DNA of 18,058 bases from Pseudomonadota bacterium (lineage in GTDB: Bacteria > Bdellovibrionota_B > Oligoflexia > Oligoflexales > CAIYRB01): the NCBI GenBank assembly GCA_031416315.1, contig JANOTL010000089.1, positions 1-18,058 on the forward strand, in the 5' to 3' direction. The translations under genes and the position numbers were made by a program. The notes beneath the pieces were generated by a model, which was not told where the DNA came from, did no database searches, and saw nothing but the letters and a program-made list of their open reading frames with translations. Every line of letters begins with the position of its first letter. The first letter of the stretch is position 1. Positions 14,607-18,058 of this stretch are shown here, piece by piece.

Positions 14607-16690
14607 GCGCCGTCACGCTCGACGGCGTCTCCTACCGTTACGCGGTCGGGGACGGCGAATTCTACGCGCTACGCTCGCTCTCGCTCGGCATTCAGCCCGG
14701 CGAGATGGTCGCCATCACGGGCGCCTCGGGCTCAGGCAAGACCACGCTGATGAACCTGATCGGCACGCTCGCGACGACCAGCGACGGCAAGCTCACGCTC
14801 GCCGGCGAGAATCCGGGCTCTTTCGGAGACGACAAGCTCGCAGCGTTCCGCAACCGCGCCATCGGCTTTGTCTTCCAGCAGTTTCACCTGCTCCCGCGGT
14901 TGACCGCGCTCGAGAACGTGATGCTGCCGCTCTCCTATCTCACGCCGCGGCCCGACGCCGCAACGCGGCGTGCGTACCGCAGGCGCGCGCTCGCGCTACT
15001 CACGCGGCTCGGCATCCCAGAACAGGCGGAGAAGTACCCCGCGACGCTCTCCGGCGGGCAAAAGCAGCGCGTCGCGATCGCGCGCGCTTTGCTTATGGAC
15101 GCGAAAATCCTGCTCGCGGACGAGCCGACCGGGGCGCTCGACTCGCGCACCTCGCGCGAGGTGCTCAAGATTTTCGCCGAGCTGAACGCTGAGGGTCGCA
15201 CCGTCATCCTGATCACGCACGATCCCGAGGTGACCGCCGTCGCGCGGCGCAAGATCGAGCTCTGCGACGGCGTCGTCGTCGCCGATGTGGCGCAGGCTGG
15301 GAAGACTGCGACAGAGCTAGCTGGTCCGCCTTCGCCAAAGGCTTCGGCGGAAGATGCTGAGGTTCCGCCGAAGCCTTTGGCGCAGGCGGACCGGTTCGAC
15401 CGCATCCCTCTCGTCCTCCGCTTAGCCGCCCCCCTCGCCCCGCTCTACGACGCCTGGCAAGCCTTAGCCTCCTCCAAGCTCCGCACGGCGCTCACCTCCC
15501 TCGGCCTGATCATCGGCGTCTCGTCGATCACCATCATGCTGACGCTCGGCTCCGCGGCGCAGGACGTGATTCTTAAGATCTTCAATCAGGCCGGATCCGA
15601 CCGCATCTACGTCGGACCCGACCAGCGCAGCGCGCGCGACTCGAAGCAGGGCGGCTGGATCGGCTTGGGCCTCGACACCGACTTCATCGCCATGCAGAAC
15701 GCCTTCGCCGGCAAAGCCCGCATCGTGCCGTTGGGCGACAACTTCGGCGCGACCTTCGTCGCCGCGGGCAACGCCTTTGAAGGCCGCGTCCAGCAAGTCT
15801 TCGATCGCAACGACCTCCTGGACAAGGGCGCCAAGGTCGTGGAGGGCCGGATGATCGGCCCGCACGAGTTCGAGGGCGGCGGCCGCGTCGCCCTCATCGG
15901 CTCCGACTTCGCCGGCGAGATGTTCCCTCCGACCTATCGGGGGCGGATCGAAAACCCCGACTTCCCGCTCGGCGAGACCGTCCTCGTCCGCGGCAATCTG
16001 GTGACGACGGTCACCATCGTCGGCGTCCTCGCGAAAAGGGACACGACCTTTGAATCCACCGACGTCAACCAGCGGCTCTACGTGCCGATGGCGATGACTT
16101 CGAAGTACACCGGCGAGAAACGCGTGCGCTGGATGGCCGTCGTCCCGGAAAAAGGCGTCGAGCACCGCTGGATGGCGGACGCGGTCACGTCGTGGCTCCG
16201 CTTGCGCTCGGGGCTGAAATTCCCGTTCCGAGCGCACGTCCCCGAAGAGATCATCGGCCGCATCATGCTCTTCATCAAGGTTTTCCAGGGCCTTACCGCG
16301 CTCGTTGGCGGGCTCTGCATCCTGGTCGGCGGCATCGGCATCATGAACATCATGCTGGTCACCATCGCGGAGCGCATCCGCGAGATCGGCCTGCGCAAGG
16401 CGCTGGGCGCCTCGGGCGCCGACGTCACACGGCAGTTTTTGACCGAGTGCATTCTCCTCTGCGCCGTCAGCGGCGTCGTCGGCACGCTCCTCGGCGCACT
16501 GTTCTGCAACCTCGTCGCCGTAGTCGGCCACTGGCTCCTGCCAGACACCGTGCCGGGAGAGATGCTCCTGAACCCCGTCGGCATGTTCGCCGGCATCGCC
16601 ACCGCCGGCGTCTGCGGCGTCGTTTTCGGCATGATGCCGGCGATGAAAGCGGCCCGGCTCGATCCTAGTGAGGCGCTTCGGAGTGAGTAA
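14603..16690 (+). CDS. macB: MacB-family ABC transporter, fused ATPase and permease
   Basis: Walker A GASGSGKT, GFVFQQFHLL, LSGGQKQR, ILLADEPTGALD, ITHD; TM1 RTALTSLGLIIGV; GGIGIMNIMLVTIAERIREIGLRKALGA; PAMKAARLDPSEALR. ATGA overlap with macA. Confidence 0.95.
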   Translation: MSAVTLDGVSYRYAVGDGEFYALRSLSLGIQPGEMVAITGASGSGKTTLMNLIGTLATTSDGKLTLAGENPGSFGDDKLAAFRNRAIGFVFQQFHLLPRLTALENVMLPLSYLTPRPDAATRRAYRRRALALLTRLGIPEQAEKYPATLSGGQKQRVAIARALLMDAKILLADEPTGALDSRTSREVLKIFAELNAEGRTVILITHDPEVTAVARRKIELCDGVVVADVAQAGKTATELAGPPSPKASAEDAEVPPKPLAQADRFDRIPLVLRLAAPLAPLYDAWQALASSKLRTALTSLGLIIGVSSITIMLTLGSAAQDVILKIFNQAGSDRIYVGPDQRSARDSKQGGWIGLGLDTDFIAMQNAFAGKARIVPLGDNFGATFVAAGNAFEGRVQQVFDRNDLLDKGAKVVEGRMIGPHEFEGGGRVALIGSDFAGEMFPPTYRGRIENPDFPLGETVLVRGNLVTTVTIVGVLAKRDTTFESTDVNQRLYVPMAMTSKYTGEKRVRWMAVVPEKGVEHRWMADAVTSWLRLRSGLKFPFRAHVPEEIIGRIMLFIKVFQGLTALVGGLCILVGGIGIMNIMLVTIAERIREIGLRKALGASGADVTRQFLTECILLCAVSGVVGTLLGALFCNLVAVVGHWLLPDTVPGEMLLNPVGMFAGIATAGVCGVVFGMMPAMKAARLDPSEALRSE
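15323..15392. repeat. 70-bp palindrome (REP-doublet/MITE-like) in-frame within macB
   Basis: GGTCCGCCTTCGCCAAAGGCTTCGGCGGAA (15323-15352), 10-nt loop, TTCCGCCGAAGCCTTTGGCGCAGGCGGACC (15363-15392); 29 of 30 positions complementary. Confidence 0.9.
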
Positions 16691-18058
16691 GACCAAACTT
16701 CCGACTTTCGCGACGGTCGCGAATGTCGTCCTGATCGGGCTCCTGACGGCCACGCCGGCGCAAGCCAATCCCGCGCTCCCCGACCGAAGCACCCTGGTGC
16801 CGCGTCTAGGCCTGGCCGCGGCCGACGGCGCCATATCCCGCGAGTTGGCCGCAGCCGATGCCTTCCGGGAGCGCATCGTCTCTTTGGCCCTCGCGCGCCA
16901 TCCCGCGCTTTCTGCCGAGGCCGCGCGCCTCACCGCGGCCGACGCGGCGGTCGATGCGGCGCGCGCCGTCTACCAACCGGAGATCGCGCTCGACGCAGGG
17001 CTTTCGCGCAGCGCTTCCCGCGACCTCGACCTCGACTCGACGCGCACCTCGCTCGACCGCGAGCTCGGCGTGAGCCTGCGCGAGAACCTTTGGCGCGGGG
17101 GGCGAGACGCGCTCGACGTCGACATCGCCGGCGACGAGCGCACCCTCGTCCGGCTCACGCGGGAAGAGCGGGCCGCTCAGGTTCGCTACGACGTCGAGCG
17201 AGCGCTTCTTGCCTACAACCAAGCCGCGATGGAAGAGGGCCTTGGCCTCGCCTCCGCCGCCGACGCCGCGACCTTGCGCCGCATCTCGGAGCGCAAGTTC
17301 GCCGCGGGCCAAGTCGGCAAGATCGACGTGCACTCCGCGACGATGCGCGAGAGCGAGGCGCGCGCCCAGACCGTCACCGCGCGGCTCCAACGCTCGAGCG
17401 CTTGGTACGGCGTCCTGCGCGCAATCGGCGGCGGCGCGCTCCCAGGCGAGGCCTTGCCCGTCGAGGAAGAGGCTTTGGCGCTCGCCCGCGTCGCCCTTCC
17501 CTTTCCTGCCAACGCGCCGGTGCTGCGGGCCGGGGCGAAGCCGACCTTCGGCCAGGCCCAAGCCGAGACGACCGCCGCCAAAGCCGAAAAGACGCTAACG
17601 AAAGCCTATCGCTCGCGCTTTCTGCCGCAGATCGACTTCGTCCTCTCCGCGAAACGCAGCTTCGGCGCCACCGACGTCCAAGGCGCGCCCCTCGGCGCCC
17701 CGGACGGGACCGAAAGCAAGGTCTTCGGCAGTCGCATCGCTCTCGAGCTGAGCTGGCCGCTGTGGGCTCGCCCGCGCGATCACGCGGTCGCGCGCGCCGC
17801 GGCCGAGGTCGACGTCTTCAAGGCGAAGGCGGAGGAAGCGCGACGGGGCGCCACGCTCGTAGCGGAGGAGCTCATGCGCCGCGTCGCCGAGCTTTACGCA
17901 GCCTTGCCTCCGTACGGCGATGCCTACGCGCAAGCGGAGAAGCTCTACGACGCGCAGGTGAAGCTCTACGACGCCGGCGCCGTCGAGCTCGCGCGCGTCA
18001 CCGAGGCGGAGGCGCAAAAGGCGGGCGCGCTCCGCAGCTGGTACGGCGCGACGCAAGA
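16683..18058 (+). CDS. TolC-family outer membrane efflux protein (runs off the right window edge)
   Basis: Manual translation from GTG 16683 (overlaps the macB stop): MSKTKLPTFATVANVVLIGLLTATPAQA|...ALARHPAL...AARAVYQPEIAL...LRENLWRGG...RKFAAGQVGKIDV...RSRFLPQIDF...LSWPLW...KLYDAGAV. Two OEP-like repeats. Not in the ORF track. Confidence 0.9.
   Translation, partial: MSKTKLPTFATVANVVLIGLLTATPAQANPALPDRSTLVPRLGLAAADGAISRELAAADAFRERIVSLALARHPALSAEAARLTAADAAVDAARAVYQPEIALDAGLSRSASRDLDLDSTRTSLDRELGVSLRENLWRGGRDALDVDIAGDERTLVRLTREERAAQVRYDVERALLAYNQAAMEEGLGLASAADAATLRRISERKFAAGQVGKIDVHSATMRESEARAQTVTARLQRSSAWYGVLRAIGGGALPGEALPVEEEALALARVALPFPANAPVLRAGAKPTFGQAQAETTAAKAEKTLTKAYRSRFLPQIDFVLSAKRSFGATDVQGAPLGAPDGTESKVFGSRIALELSWPLWARPRDHAVARAAAEVDVFKAKAEEARRGATLVAEELMRRVAELYAALPPYGDAYAQAEKLYDAQVKLYDAGAVELARVTEAEAQKAGALRSWYGATQ

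Noticed and set aside
2952..16690. Functional link between hemJ and MacAB-TolC through protoporphyrin efflux
   Set aside because: Protoporphyrin efflux is reported for E. coli MacAB-TolC, but these loci are about 10 kb apart in separate transcription units and I see no shared motif.

Overview
GC-rich bacterial chromosomal window with no RNA gene, CRISPR array, transposase or integrase recognisable. The gene content suggests a diderm, possibly Bdellovibrionota/Oligoflexia- or Myxococcota-like (inference only). Left to right: the 5' part of an exported c-type cytochrome with at least two CXXCH motifs (minus strand, missing from the ORF track); leuS-hemJ; a GT51 peptidoglycan glycosyltransferase with a long AsmA-like N-terminus, translationally coupled to a CHASE2-type membrane adenylate cyclase; a convergent YtnP-like MBL hydrolase; a divergent intergenic region with an inverted DnaA-box pair and a CRP-like site; a secreted S1/P1 nuclease or Zn-phospholipase C protein; four minus-strand genes of unknown function (small secreted protein, small lipoprotein, small membrane protein, His-rich membrane protein); and a divergent MacA-MacB-TolC operon whose TolC runs off the window and is missing from the ORF track. 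The most notable structures are (1) a 70-bp REP/REPIN-like palindrome in-frame in the MacB linker, (2) a perfect 14-bp inverted repeat bracketing leuS-hemJ with an outward-facing promoter overlapping one arm, (3) the unknown four-gene cluster facing the exporter, and (4) the DnaA/CRP-like regulatory patch near an adenylate cyclase.
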